Positions 10,023-19,900 of a stretch of DNA of 64,000 nt are shown here, in pieces. Source of the stretch: an uncultured Prevotellaceae bacterium (GTDB taxonomy: Bacteria > Bacteroidota > Bacteroidia > Bacteroidales > UBA3663); the NCBI GenBank assembly GCA_900319235.1, contig ONNR01000002.1, positions 86,517 to 150,516 on the forward strand, in the 5' to 3' direction. Below the pieces are notes generated by a model. That model was not told where the DNA came from and searched no databases. It saw only the letters and a list, made by a program, of their open reading frames with translations. Made by a program: the position numbers and the translations under genes. Numbering within the stretch: position 1 is the stretch's first letter; each line of letters starts with the position of its first letter.

Positions 10023-10226
10023 ATGGAAAAGAAATTGACAAGATCGGCCAGCGAAAAGAAACTGTTTGGCGTATGCGGCGGCGTAGCCGAGTATTTTGAC
10101 GTAGATCCCACTTTGGTTCGCGTTGGCATTTTGGCCTTGACCATCTTCACGGGTCTCATTCCAGGGTTGGTACTTTACTTCTGTATGGCACTTGTGATGC
10201 CCGAAAAGGGGGGATATAACCGATGA
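10023..10226 (+). CDS. PspC-domain membrane protein
   Basis: LTRSASEKKLFGVCGGVAEYFDVDPTLVRV followed by one TM helix. This is the classic PspC domain. Confidence 0.85.
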   Translation: MEKKLTRSASEKKLFGVCGGVAEYFDVDPTLVRVGILALTIFTGLIPGLVLYFCMALVMPEKGGYNR

Positions 10227-10384
10227 AAAGGAAGGCAGCTCGACTCGTGGTCGTCCTATGTGTGCTGGTGGCATTGCTTGTGACGGCGTTCTGCCTTCAG
10301 ACCTGCCATCCTTGCATCTATATCCCCAATGGTCCGGGTGTCGCCGATAGCACGCTTTTGGAGCAGGGGACAGTTCCTCAATGA
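10223..10384 (+). CDS. 53-aa hydrophobic mini-protein, translationally coupled to the PspC-domain gene
   Basis: My translation is MKRKAARLVVVLCVLVALLVTAFCLQTCHPCIYIPNGPGVADSTLLEQGTVPQ. Its ATG overlaps the PspC stop as ATGA. It falls below the ORF-track size cutoff. Confidence 0.45.
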   Translation: MKRKAARLVVVLCVLVALLVTAFCLQTCHPCIYIPNGPGVADSTLLEQGTVPQ

Positions 10385-10407
10385 TGTGGTTGACAAAAAA
10401 TGAAAAA

Positions 10408-10442
10408 GTGGCTCAATAGGTATAAAAACCTCGTTGAGCCAC
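10408..10442. terminator. Bidirectional intrinsic terminator hairpin
   Basis: GTGGCTCAA-N17-TTGAGCCAC, flanked by an A-run upstream and TTTCATTT downstream. It sits between convergent genes. Confidence 0.65.
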
Positions 10443-10466
10443 TTTCATTTAGTTGTTAGGCGTGGA

Positions 10467-12353
10467 TTATTTGCGTCGCCCCATCGCATCGAATGTGCCG
10501 TGCTCGGTTTGGATGAGCAGTTGGCCGTTCACGTAAGCCTTGGTCGTACGTGGAGCCGTTGGCACAATGTCCATCTCGATGGTCTCGATGGCAGCGGGTG
10601 GAGCCGTGCGGAAGTCGAAGGTGATGATGTTGGGACCCAGCTGTGCACCTGTCTCATCGACATATTCCAGTTCCTGGATGTTCGAGATGGGCTTCTCGAG
10701 CCGGACGGTCAGAGAGGAGTTGTTGGTGCCTGGTTTGGTCCATCCACTGAAAGCTGGGGTCGTGTCGTCGGTGAAGGCGGTGGCACCCGTTGTGCCTGGG
10801 AATGGAGCGCTGGCGTCCTGCACGTAGTAGCCGCCCGACTTTTTCTTTCCACCAGCCTCGACGAGGTCGATGCACTGGTGGTTAGGCCAGTTGTTGGGCG
10901 TATTGTAGGTCCAGAGGTAAGACTTGTAGTCGATGTGCCATGCCAGCATGCCGTGTCCAGGGATATAGGCATCCCACCCGGTGAGCTGACGGTTCTCGAA
11001 GAGGTAGTATTCGCCCTCGCGTGGATCGTCGAGGCCTTCGGTGATGGGCACGATGAATGCCTGGTTGCTGGTGCTCAGCTCCATCAGCGTGTCGGTCTTC
11101 TGTTCCGACAGGACCACGGGTGTGAGCCAACCCAGTTCGTAGCGCTCGTAGGCACTCATGCCGGCGGGAATGAAGCTGTTGTAGTTGTAGCAACCCTCGT
11201 CGAGCAGGTCAAAGCCGCAGGGTGTGCATGTGGCAGGCGCACCGTTGGCGGTGTTGTAGAGGTCGGGCAGGCCGAGGACGTGGGTGAACTCGTGGCAGAA
11301 GGTGCCTACGCCGTCCATATAGTCGCCGTACAGTTCGTTCGAGCAGGCATAGTCGTGCAGGGCGAGGTCGTCGTAGCTGTATATTTTGCCCGAGGCAGAC
11401 CAGACGTCCCAGGCATGGGGCCAGATGTCGCTCTTCATGCCGGTGTAGTTTTCGCCCTTTCCTGCATAGAAGGCAAAGACGAAGTCGATGATGCCGTTGT
11501 TGTCGGTGTCATAGACCGAGAAATCGACGTCGAGGCTGTCGTTCAGATAGTCGCATGCCTCCGTGATCATCTGCCAGGCATTTGCGTCGTTGTTCCTGCC
11601 GTAGTATTTGAGGCTGTCCTTCAGCAGGATGGGGCCGAAGACGTCGAACTGCGGGTCAAACTCGCCGCATGAGTTCTGATGGAAGAAGTCGTGGGCCGAA
11701 CCGATGTGCTTGTACTTGCTACCCTCGTAACGTGGGCGGTCGTAGCCGTCCTTTGTCATCATATCGACGTATGACTGATGAGGGTCGTCGATGGTGAATC
11801 TCACGTCCTGGAACTCCACCAACACTACGAGGCCGCGCACCTTGCCTCTGGTAGGGAAGCCGAAGTGAGGGGCGAGTGTGCTGTCGCAGACCAGTGAGTC
11901 GGGATCATAGACGATCGAGTCGCCGGCAATGCTGTCGTTGGCGATGCTGTCGGCAGGGATGCTGTCATTGGGGATACTGTCGTTGTCGGCGCCGTCGGCA
12001 AGTTTGGCTCGCATAGCCTGGGCACGTCGGTTGTAGCGCAGACGTTCATGGCGTGCGGCATTCACCTGGGCGCGACGCTGCAGCAGCTGGGTCTTCTCGG
12101 TTTCCCAGGCAGCAAGCTCGGTGGCGTTGGCGATATGGAGGAAGCCCCGTTCGTCGGTGACGAGCAGGTTGCCGTCGAGGTCGGTGGTCCAGTGGCACCA
12201 TTCGTCGCCATGCAGGAGTACGGTGATGGTCTTGCCGTCGGGCTGCAGCATGGTGATGGGGCCGCGACGGGCAGGCACAGCCTGTGTCGGCATCGTGCTC
12301 AGCAGGAACATGGCCGCGATGACGGATAGGAGTATTCTGAGTTTTGAGGTCAT
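10467..12353 (-). CDS. M6-family (immune inhibitor A-like) secreted metalloprotease, probable T9SS cargo
   Basis: ORF 10467-12440, with the ATG at 12353 giving signal peptide MTSKLRILLSVIAAMFLL. Zinc motif HEFTHVLGLPDLY. A beta-rich C-terminal tail ends GQLLIQTEHGTFDAMGRRK. Confidence 0.85.
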   Translation of the reverse strand: MTSKLRILLSVIAAMFLLSTMPTQAVPARRGPITMLQPDGKTITVLLHGDEWCHWTTDLDGNLLVTDERGFLHIANATELAAWETEKTQLLQRRAQVNAARHERLRYNRRAQAMRAKLADGADNDSIPNDSIPADSIANDSIAGDSIVYDPDSLVCDSTLAPHFGFPTRGKVRGLVVLVEFQDVRFTIDDPHQSYVDMMTKDGYDRPRYEGSKYKHIGSAHDFFHQNSCGEFDPQFDVFGPILLKDSLKYYGRNNDANAWQMITEACDYLNDSLDVDFSVYDTDNNGIIDFVFAFYAGKGENYTGMKSDIWPHAWDVWSASGKIYSYDDLALHDYACSNELYGDYMDGVGTFCHEFTHVLGLPDLYNTANGAPATCTPCGFDLLDEGCYNYNSFIPAGMSAYERYELGWLTPVVLSEQKTDTLMELSTSNQAFIVPITEGLDDPREGEYYLFENRQLTGWDAYIPGHGMLAWHIDYKSYLWTYNTPNNWPNHQCIDLVEAGGKKKSGGYYVQDASAPFPGTTGATAFTDDTTPAFSGWTKPGTNNSSLTVRLEKPISNIQELEYVDETGAQLGPNIITFDFRTAPPAAIETIEMDIVPTAPRTTKAYVNGQLLIQTEHGTFDAMGRRK

Positions 12354-12357
12354 GATG

Positions 12358-13680
12358 TTATGGGGTTTGTTGATTGTTTCTTTTCTTGCCTTGGTTTCTT
12401 GTCGGCTTGTCGCCCGGTCGCTTCGACGACCTGTTGCCACGTTGTCTTTTCGGCCTGTCCTCCTGCGGGTTTGTTTCCTTGTAGTCGCAGCCGCCCAGTT
12501 CGTCGGGCACGGCGATTCGTTCCATTTTCTTGTCGATGAACTTCTCGAGGGCAGTCAGTTTGCGCAGGTCGCGTCGGTCGTCGCAGTTGACCAGGGTAAG
12601 GCTTTCGCCATCGTGGTCGGCACGAGCCGTACGTCCGATGCGGTGCACGTAGTCTTCCAGGTCGTGCGGCATGTCGTAGTTGATCACCAAGGCGATGCCG
12701 CTGATGTCGATGCCGCGCGAGACGATGTCGGTGGCAACGATCACGTTGGTGCGGCCCGAACGGAAGGCGTTCATCACCTCGTCGCGATCCCTCTGCTCCA
12801 GGTCGGAGTGCATGGCAGCCATCTGGAAACCTTTCTTGCGCAGACCCAGCACCACGTCGCGAACATCGGCCTTTCGGCTTACGAAGACCACCACGCGCTT
12901 CTCGGGGTTTTGGAGTAGTTCGTCCTTCACGTAGCCGTCCTCGCGTCCGCCGAAGAACTTCTTCAGGAAGCGGATGAGCATCGGCGTCTTCTGGGCCTGG
13001 TGGCAGATGCAGCATTGCTGGTGAATCTTTTCGGCAGGCTTCGAGATGGCGATTTTCACCATCACGGGGTTCCAAAGTATCTTTTCGGCGAGTTGCTGGA
13101 TCTTGGGCGGCATCGTGGCACTGTAGAGAATCTTCTGGCAGTCGTCGGGCAGCAGCTTGTTGATGGCCATGATGTCGTCGTAGAAGCCCATATCGAGCAT
13201 ACGGTCGGCCTCGTCGAGTACGAAGAATGAAACTTGTGACAGATCGACGTATCCCAGATTGATGTGCGAAAGTAGGCGCCCCGGGGTGGCTATCACCACA
13301 TCGGCACCTTGGCGAAGACCGCGTTCCTGGGCAGCAAAATCAGTGCCCTCGCCACCACCATAGACAGCCACAGAAGAGGCATCGACAAAGTAGGAGAAAC
13401 CCTGCATCTGCTGGTCAATCTGCTGGGCCAGCTCACGGGTGGGGGCCATAATGACGCAGTTGATGGCGTCGGTGGGATAGCGGTAGCGGTTCAGGTTCGA
13501 AAGAATGGGCAGCAGGTAGGCGGCGGTCTTGCCGGTGCCCGTTTGTGCCACGGCAATCACATCATCGCCATTGAGCACGGGAGGGATGGCCTTCTCCTGC
13601 ACAGGAGTACATTGGCCATATTTCATATATTCCAGGGCATCCATCACGCCCTGATCCAATCCTAATTCACTAAAATTCAT
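12358..13680 (-). CDS. DEAD-box ATP-dependent RNA helicase
   Basis: Q motif region, AQTGTGKT, DEAD (VLDEADRM), SAT, and a basic C-terminal tail. ATG at 13680 (MNFSELGL). Confidence 0.93.
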   Translation of the reverse strand: MNFSELGLDQGVMDALEYMKYGQCTPVQEKAIPPVLNGDDVIAVAQTGTGKTAAYLLPILSNLNRYRYPTDAINCVIMAPTRELAQQIDQQMQGFSYFVDASSVAVYGGGEGTDFAAQERGLRQGADVVIATPGRLLSHINLGYVDLSQVSFFVLDEADRMLDMGFYDDIMAINKLLPDDCQKILYSATMPPKIQQLAEKILWNPVMVKIAISKPAEKIHQQCCICHQAQKTPMLIRFLKKFFGGREDGYVKDELLQNPEKRVVVFVSRKADVRDVVLGLRKKGFQMAAMHSDLEQRDRDEVMNAFRSGRTNVIVATDIVSRGIDISGIALVINYDMPHDLEDYVHRIGRTARADHDGESLTLVNCDDRRDLRKLTALEKFIDKKMERIAVPDELGGCDYKETNPQEDRPKRQRGNRSSKRPGDKPTRNQGKKRNNQQTP

Positions 13681-13684
13681 GGCG

Positions 13685-13692
13685 CAAAGATA
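13685..13692 (-). promoter_or_regulatory. -7 promoter box (TATCTTTG)
   Basis: Only 4 nt upstream of the helicase ATG, implying a leaderless or very short leader mRNA. Confidence 0.4.
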
Positions 13693-13726
13693 CACATTAT
13701 TTAAATATAATGGTATAAGAATAAAA

Positions 13727-13751
13727 AATTAACAATTAATAATTAACAATT
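13727..13751. repeat. AT-word element, copy 1 (exact 25-mer AATTAACAATTAATAATTAACAATT)
   Basis: Exact 25-nt match to 21834-21858 and 32236-32260, and in reverse complement to 29585-29609. It is followed by the near-palindrome ATTAACAATT-TGC-AATTGTCAAT. Confidence 0.9.
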
Positions 13752-13788
13752 TGGGGGCGATTAACAATTTGCAATTGTCAATTTTGCG

Positions 13789-16692
13789 TCATTGCTGGTC
13801 AGTGTCGGGCACTTCGAGGTGCATCAGAAATTCAGTGAGGCTGGCACTCTTGTCGAGCCCAAGTTTCTGGCGGATTCGATAGCGACTGATTTCAATGCCT
13901 CGCGTCGAAATGTTCTGGAGTGGGGCAATCTCTTTCGACTGCAGACCCATACGGATATAGGCGCACAGCATCATCTCCTTGTGCGAAAGGTCGGGATAGC
14001 GTTTGCTCAGTGTCTGCAGGAACTTGTGATGCACTGCATCGAACGAGTCGTGGAAGGCATCGAGGTCATCATCGTGGCTGATGTTGGTGTCGATCTGCCC
14101 GATCAGACGGATGATGCGCCGCTTAGAGGCAGGCAGATTCTCTTCGCTGAGCGACTTGTTCAGGCTGACTGCCGTCTTCTTGATCTCCTGCAGCATCTCG
14201 TTCTTGCGCACGATGTTCATCCTCGAACGCACCAGCTCGTCCTGCTTCGAGCGCAGTTCGATTTCCAGTTTCTCTTCTCGCAGAATGGCAATCTTCTCCT
14301 CCTGTTCTAGGATCTGCTCTTCCTGCTCGTGAATCTGTTCCTCGCGTTCGTGAATCTGCTCGTCCTTCTGGGCAATCAGCTTTTGGCGCTTCCGCTTCTG
14401 ACGCCGATAGGCTTCGAAGCCGAGTGCAGCCAGCAGCAGTGCATAGAGCAGATAAGCCCACCACGAGCGATACCAGGGAGGCAGAATCGTGAAATGGAAC
14501 GTGGTTTCGACTGGATTCTCACTGTAGTTCGAGATGACACGCAGATGGAACGTGTAAGTGCCTTCGGTCAGGTTGGTGTATTCCTTGATGCTTCGACGCG
14601 AATACGGACTCCATTCGCTCTCGGTTGTCCTCCTGCCGGCATAGAGCAAGCCGTTCCGCTGCTTTTCGAGCCAATAACTGTAGAGTACCGACTGGGCAGG
14701 GTCATAATTGCTGACGCTGTACTCAATGCGCAGTGAGTTGTCGCTCCAACGGATGTCACCAGGCGGTTGGCAGCCGTAATAGAGTGTATCGACACCATTG
14801 CCGATATATACGCGGCGAATGTAGGGGGTGAGGGGTTCGAGAGGTTTGAGGGGATTGATAGAGCCTCCTTCTAATCCTTCATCAGAAGGGGAGAAGGGTT
14901 CTGAAAGGCTGAGCATAGCAAAACCCTCTTCGGTGCCGATGATAGCTTGGTCGCCGTTGAGGCTGACATTCTCGAAGTCCTCCATCAGCCAGTCGTTCAG
15001 ATAACCATCATTGAGCGATCCCCTTACCAGATGAAGCGTGCCATCGGCAGCATACCAGATGTCTCCACTGGCATTTTGCAGCAGGTAGGTATAAGGCACG
15101 TGCCCCTCCAGTCGGTCTTCGAGTTCGGTGAAAAGCACAAGGCTGTCGTGCGCTGCATCGTAGCGTAGCAATCCCTGGCGCGAGGCAACTACAGTCTCTC
15201 CGTCGAAGCGTGTGATGCAGACGTTGTCACCCTTCGGCAGCAGTTCGGAATTGTAGCATTTCCGGCTCTTGACTTCCGACAGATCGTCGGTGAGCGTAAG
15301 TCGGAAGATGCCCTTCTCCTTGTTGGCCGCCCAAACGACGGGCAGTCCGTCCTCGATGTAGAATGTCTTGGCTGAGATGTCGGCACCCTTCACATCTTCG
15401 GCCATCACCCAGTCGCGTCCCTGCAGGCGCATCAGCCTCAGGCCCCAATAGGAGGCTGTGAGCAGCACATCGTCGCGATTGCCGATGCGTCGTACTCCCC
15501 ACACACCACGGTTCCTGTAGCGTGTGATTCGATTGCCGTCGATGGAGAGGAAGAACTGTCGTCCGCCGCAGAAAAGGCGTCCTCCGATGGTGTCGAGGCA
15601 AAGCACCTGTCCGTCGGTTCCCTCCACGAAGCGGATGTCGCCACCTGCCATCTCGTAGAGTCCCTGGTTGGTGCCGAGATAGAGGCGCCCCTGGTATTCG
15701 ACACTGCAATTGCCGCTTCCGATGGGCGACTGCCGGCTGTTGATGAAACGCAGGGGTGAACGCATGGGGATGCAGTCGATACCATTGTCAAGCCCGAGCC
15801 AAAGGTTCTGGTCGCGGTCGAAAAAGGTCGAAAGCACTGTCTTGTTCTGCAGTCCCTGGTTGATTGACATCCGTTCGGTTGTGTTCTGCTTGAGGTCGAG
15901 TAGTATCACGCCGTCTTGCATCGTGCCCAGGGCAAGCATATCGCCCGAACAAGCCGCCGAAGATAGCCCACGATGGGCAATCAGTTCGTCGGCAGCCGTG
16001 TGGAACGGTTCGATATGATTGTCGGAATAGAGGAAAAGGCCTTGGTCGCTGCTCACGAGCAGCAGCTTCCCCTGCGGATAGGGGAGGATGCTGACAATGC
16101 GAGAGGTTTGGCTGATGTCGATGCCCTGTAATTGCTGGAATTCATTGCCCACGAGCACAAAAACACCTCGCGACCCGACGGCATAGAGCCGGTTATAGAC
16201 CACCGTCGAGTAGCTGATGCCGAGCGGGCTGTTGATCTTCGTTTCGCTATTGTTGATGTAGAGGGGATTGTCGCTCTGGTAGTAGATGTCGTGCCCGATC
16301 TGATGGATGTTCCAGATGTTCAGTTGCCCTGCCCGTTCGACGCTTTCCGACAGTCGATGGTAGACAAGCTGTCCTTTGGGATTACGCGTAAAAAAACCGA
16401 ATTGCCCCAAGGCACCCACGTAGATGGTGTCGCCGCTGGTTCTGACGGCTCTCACCTTCACGTTGCCGGGCAGGGGATAGGTCTGCCAGGTGTTGCCGTC
16501 GTATTCCAGCAGCCCCTTGTTGTTGGCAAAGTACATCCAGCCCTCCTTGCTTTGGGAGGCCTGCCAGTTCTGATTGCCTGAATGGTATTGCTGACGGGTG
16601 TAGTTCACCACCACGCGTTGCCAGTGATTTTCAGCCCTGCCTGGCATCAAAGCCAGAGCCAGGAGGAACGTTAGAAGTAAGATCTTTTTCAA
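13789..16692 (-). CDS. One-component sensor-regulator: beta-propeller/Y_Y_Y periplasmic sensor, TM, coiled coil, LuxR-type HTH
   Basis: ORF 13789-16737. The annotated upstream start lies inside the promoter box, so I prefer the in-frame TTG at 16692 (KKILLLTFLLALALMPG signal). It has repeated propeller blades, a TM helix (WWAYLLYALLLAALGF), an EEQIHE coiled coil, and a C-terminal GerE/LuxR HTH (EIAPLQNISTRGIEISRYRIRQKLG). Confidence 0.85.
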   Translation of the reverse strand: MKKILLLTFLLALALMPGRAENHWQRVVVNYTRQQYHSGNQNWQASQSKEGWMYFANNKGLLEYDGNTWQTYPLPGNVKVRAVRTSGDTIYVGALGQFGFFTRNPKGQLVYHRLSESVERAGQLNIWNIHQIGHDIYYQSDNPLYINNSETKINSPLGISYSTVVYNRLYAVGSRGVFVLVGNEFQQLQGIDISQTSRIVSILPYPQGKLLLVSSDQGLFLYSDNHIEPFHTAADELIAHRGLSSAACSGDMLALGTMQDGVILLDLKQNTTERMSINQGLQNKTVLSTFFDRDQNLWLGLDNGIDCIPMRSPLRFINSRQSPIGSGNCSVEYQGRLYLGTNQGLYEMAGGDIRFVEGTDGQVLCLDTIGGRLFCGGRQFFLSIDGNRITRYRNRGVWGVRRIGNRDDVLLTASYWGLRLMRLQGRDWVMAEDVKGADISAKTFYIEDGLPVVWAANKEKGIFRLTLTDDLSEVKSRKCYNSELLPKGDNVCITRFDGETVVASRQGLLRYDAAHDSLVLFTELEDRLEGHVPYTYLLQNASGDIWYAADGTLHLVRGSLNDGYLNDWLMEDFENVSLNGDQAIIGTEEGFAMLSLSEPFSPSDEGLEGGSINPLKPLEPLTPYIRRVYIGNGVDTLYYGCQPPGDIRWSDNSLRIEYSVSNYDPAQSVLYSYWLEKQRNGLLYAGRRTTESEWSPYSRRSIKEYTNLTEGTYTFHLRVISNYSENPVETTFHFTILPPWYRSWWAYLLYALLLAALGFEAYRRQKRKRQKLIAQKDEQIHEREEQIHEQEEQILEQEEKIAILREEKLEIELRSKQDELVRSRMNIVRKNEMLQEIKKTAVSLNKSLSEENLPASKRRIIRLIGQIDTNISHDDDLDAFHDSFDAVHHKFLQTLSKRYPDLSHKEMMLCAYIRMGLQSKEIAPLQNISTRGIEISRYRIRQKLGLDKSASLTEFLMHLEVPDTDQQ

Positions 16693-16734
16693 TTGAAAAA
16701 ATACAATTAATAAAACACGATGAGTTTTGCGGTG

Positions 16735-16742
16735 CAAAGATA
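16735..16742 (-). promoter_or_regulatory. -7 promoter box (TATCTTTG)
   Basis: 42 nt upstream of the proposed TTG start at 16692. Confidence 0.5.
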
Positions 16743-16913
16743 CTACTATTTTTTCATGAAAACAAATTTATGTGGATTTTTTTGTGCGAAATGCAAATAT
16801 TCGTTGAAAATCAGTATGTTTTGTAACCGATGAGAAAGTCATGATGTAGTCGATGTTGTGTTGTATAGTAATTGTGATGTAGTGAAATGTTTGCTTAGTT
16901 TGGCGGAAACCCC

Positions 16914-16921
16914 TACTTTTG
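16914..16921 (+). promoter_or_regulatory. -7 promoter box (TACTTTTG) of the PUL operon
   Basis: 40 nt upstream of the SusC ATG at 16962. Confidence 0.5.
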
Positions 16922-16961
16922 CACCATCAACATTCATGTTTATCTACAATAACTAACATTT

Positions 16962-19900
16962 ATGAAACAAAAAACATTATCATTGGAATGCATGCGACTG
17001 ATGCTTATCGGTTGTATTATGTTCCTCCTGGACGTGGGTCTTTTTGCCCAAAGTTCCCAGACCTTCCGAGGCAAGGTGCTCGATGCCTCTACGCGCGAAC
17101 CTTTGATAGGAGTGAGTGTGCTTGAGAAGGGCACCACGAACGGTGTGGTTACCGACGTTGATGGAAACTTCGTGATCCATAATGTCAAGTCGGGTGCAAC
17201 CATCACCTTCTCCTATGTCGGCTATTCTACTCAGGAGATCCTTGCCACACGAATCGGCAATACTGTTCTTCTCGAGGAAGACGACAAGACCTTGAACGAA
17301 GTCGTAGTTATCGGTTATGGCGTTCAGAAGAAAGTCAACCTGTCGGGTGCCGTGAGTGCTGTCGATGGTGACAAGCTCGCAGCCAAGCCTTCGAGTGATG
17401 TGCTCAGCGCCATGCAGGGCGAAATGCCAGGTGTGGCTGTGCTCCGTTCGAGCGGTGAGCCAGGCAGCGAGACCAGCGGCATGCGTATCCGCGGTTTCTC
17501 GTCGGTGAATGCCACCTCGGCCCTGGTGCTGATCGATGGTATCGAGGGCGACCTTGGTCTGCTCAATGCCGACGACATCGAGAGCATCTCGGTACTGAAG
17601 GACGCTTCGGCCTGCGCCATCTACGGAGCACGTGCCGCATCGGGCGTTGTGCTCGTCACCACCAAGAGCGGTAGCGAGGGCAAGCCGAAGGTTTCCTACA
17701 ATGGCTACTATGCTGTCAATATGCCAGGCAATATGCCAGAACGTCTGCCCGCATGGGAGGAGCAGCAGTGGATTAACATTGGCCGATACAATGCAGGCGG
17801 TGCCTACGAATGGAACAAGGAGAAGACCACCTGGGTAGCAAACCCCAACTTCAACTATTATCCCAACAACAACAACGGACGTTGGGAGCAGTTCACCGCA
17901 ACCAACTGGGTGGACGAAGGTACAAAGGACTGGGCCGGACAGACCAATCACTCCATTTCGGTGAGCGGTGGTTCGAAGAACATCAACTACCTCATCAGCG
18001 GCAACTACTACTTCAAGGACGGTATGTTGAAATATGCCAAGAACAACAATACCCGTGTGAACCTCCATGCCAAGCTGCATGCCGAGTTGAACAAGTATCT
18101 CAGCCTGGGCATCAACGTGCAGTATCAGTCGAAGAAGAACAACGCCCCATCGAGTGGTGCAGGCAGTGTCTTGAATACAATGTACGGCGCACGTGCACGT
18201 CAGTTGCTGTGGCAGCCCGAAGAGACTCCCAACTACGATGCACAGCCCTACAGCGGCGACCTTCAGGTCAATCCTATCGACATCCTTAAGAATGGTGGCA
18301 CCAACGAGTCGCTCTACGAAGCCTTCCTGGGCAAGGGTGAACTGACCATCAAGAATCTGGTGAAGGGTCTCACCGTGAACCTGAGTGCAAGCCGCCGTGC
18401 AGGCTACTATACCCAGCGTTCCGAGCGTCACTGGCTGGCATGGTACGCCATGAACGGCACCACCATCCGTCAGCAGACCAACAACCCCAACTCGCTCTAT
18501 CGTCAGAAGAACAACGACTACCACGATCAGTTCGAGGCCACTGTCAACTATACATTGGAGGCAGGTCAGCACAATTTCCAGGTGCTTGCCGGTACGAGCT
18601 ATGAGAACTATCGCAAGGACCAGTTCGATGCTACTGCACGCAATATGAACTCCAACGATTTCTATTCGTTCAACTACTACGATGCTTCCGAGGCTTCGAA
18701 CACCACGCTGGGTGACCTGATCCAGCCTTGGTCAATGATGTCGTATTTCGGACGTATCAACTACAACTTTGCCGAGCGTTATCTCCTTGAGGCCAACATC
18801 CGTTACGACGGTTCGTCACGTCTGGCGCCTGAGAAGCGCTGGAAAGCTTTCCCATCGGTATCGGCAGCCTGGCGTGTGAACCAGGAGCCTTGGTTCAAGC
18901 TCGATTGGGTAAGCAACCTGAAACTGCGTGCATCCTGGGGTCAGCTTGGTAACGGCGCGGTGCTTGGCCTGTACGACTACATTGCCACCATCTCTCAATC
19001 GACCACCTATATCACCGAAAAGAGCTACTATCAGAGCCAGCTCGCTTCGAAGGACAAGACCTGGGAGACCATCGAGACCACGAATCTTGGTGTCGATCTC
19101 GGCCTGTTCAACAGCCGTCTGAACGCAACGTTCGACTACTATTGGAAATATAACAACGACATGCTCTCCAACCTGCAGCTGCCTCACACCATCGGTATCG
19201 GTGTGCCTGCCGTCAACATCGGCAAACTGAAGACCTGGGGATGGGAGTTCGAGATCAAGTGGAACGACCGCATCGGCGACTTCAGCTATCAGGTGGCATT
19301 CAACCTCTCCGACTCGAAGAACGAACTCGTCGAATACGACGGAGCCGACGTGATCACTGCCGGTACCCGCCAGCTGATCGAGGGCTATCCCCTCAACACC
19401 ATCTGGGGTTACACCACCGACGGCTACTGGTCGAGCAAGGAAGAGTACGAGCAGTATAAGCAGGATCATCCAGGCTACAAGTCGTTCTCCGATGGCAAGA
19501 TCGGCGCCGGTGACGTCAAGTTCCTGACACTGCCCGACAAGGACGGCTCCATCAACCACCAGGTAGGTGCTGGCGACGGCACGAAGGAGAACCACGGCGA
19601 CCTCGTTTATCTGGGCGACACCAACGGACGCTATCTCTATGGCATCAACCTTTCGGCCAAGTGGAAGGGCTTCGACGTTGCAGTGATGTTCCAGGGTGTT
19701 GCCAAGCGCAAATTGCTCATCGACACTGAGGCAATCTCACCCTTCGGACGTACTCACCAGATGCCTTGGACCATCCATCGCGACTACTGGACTCCCGAGA
19801 ACACCGATGCCTACTGGCCACGTCTCTACAACTATAACGGCGATATGTTCAACTTCCAGCCCTCCGACAAGTGGGTACAGGATGCCTCCTATCTCCGTCT

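Noticed and set aside
16693-16737. Longer start (16737) for the LuxR-type sensor-regulator, as in the ORF track.
   Set aside because: That non-ATG start codon lies inside the TATCTTTG -7 promoter box (16735-16742), so it is unlikely to be transcribed. The in-frame TTG at 16692 precedes a normal signal or anchor sequence. The exact start remains uncertain.
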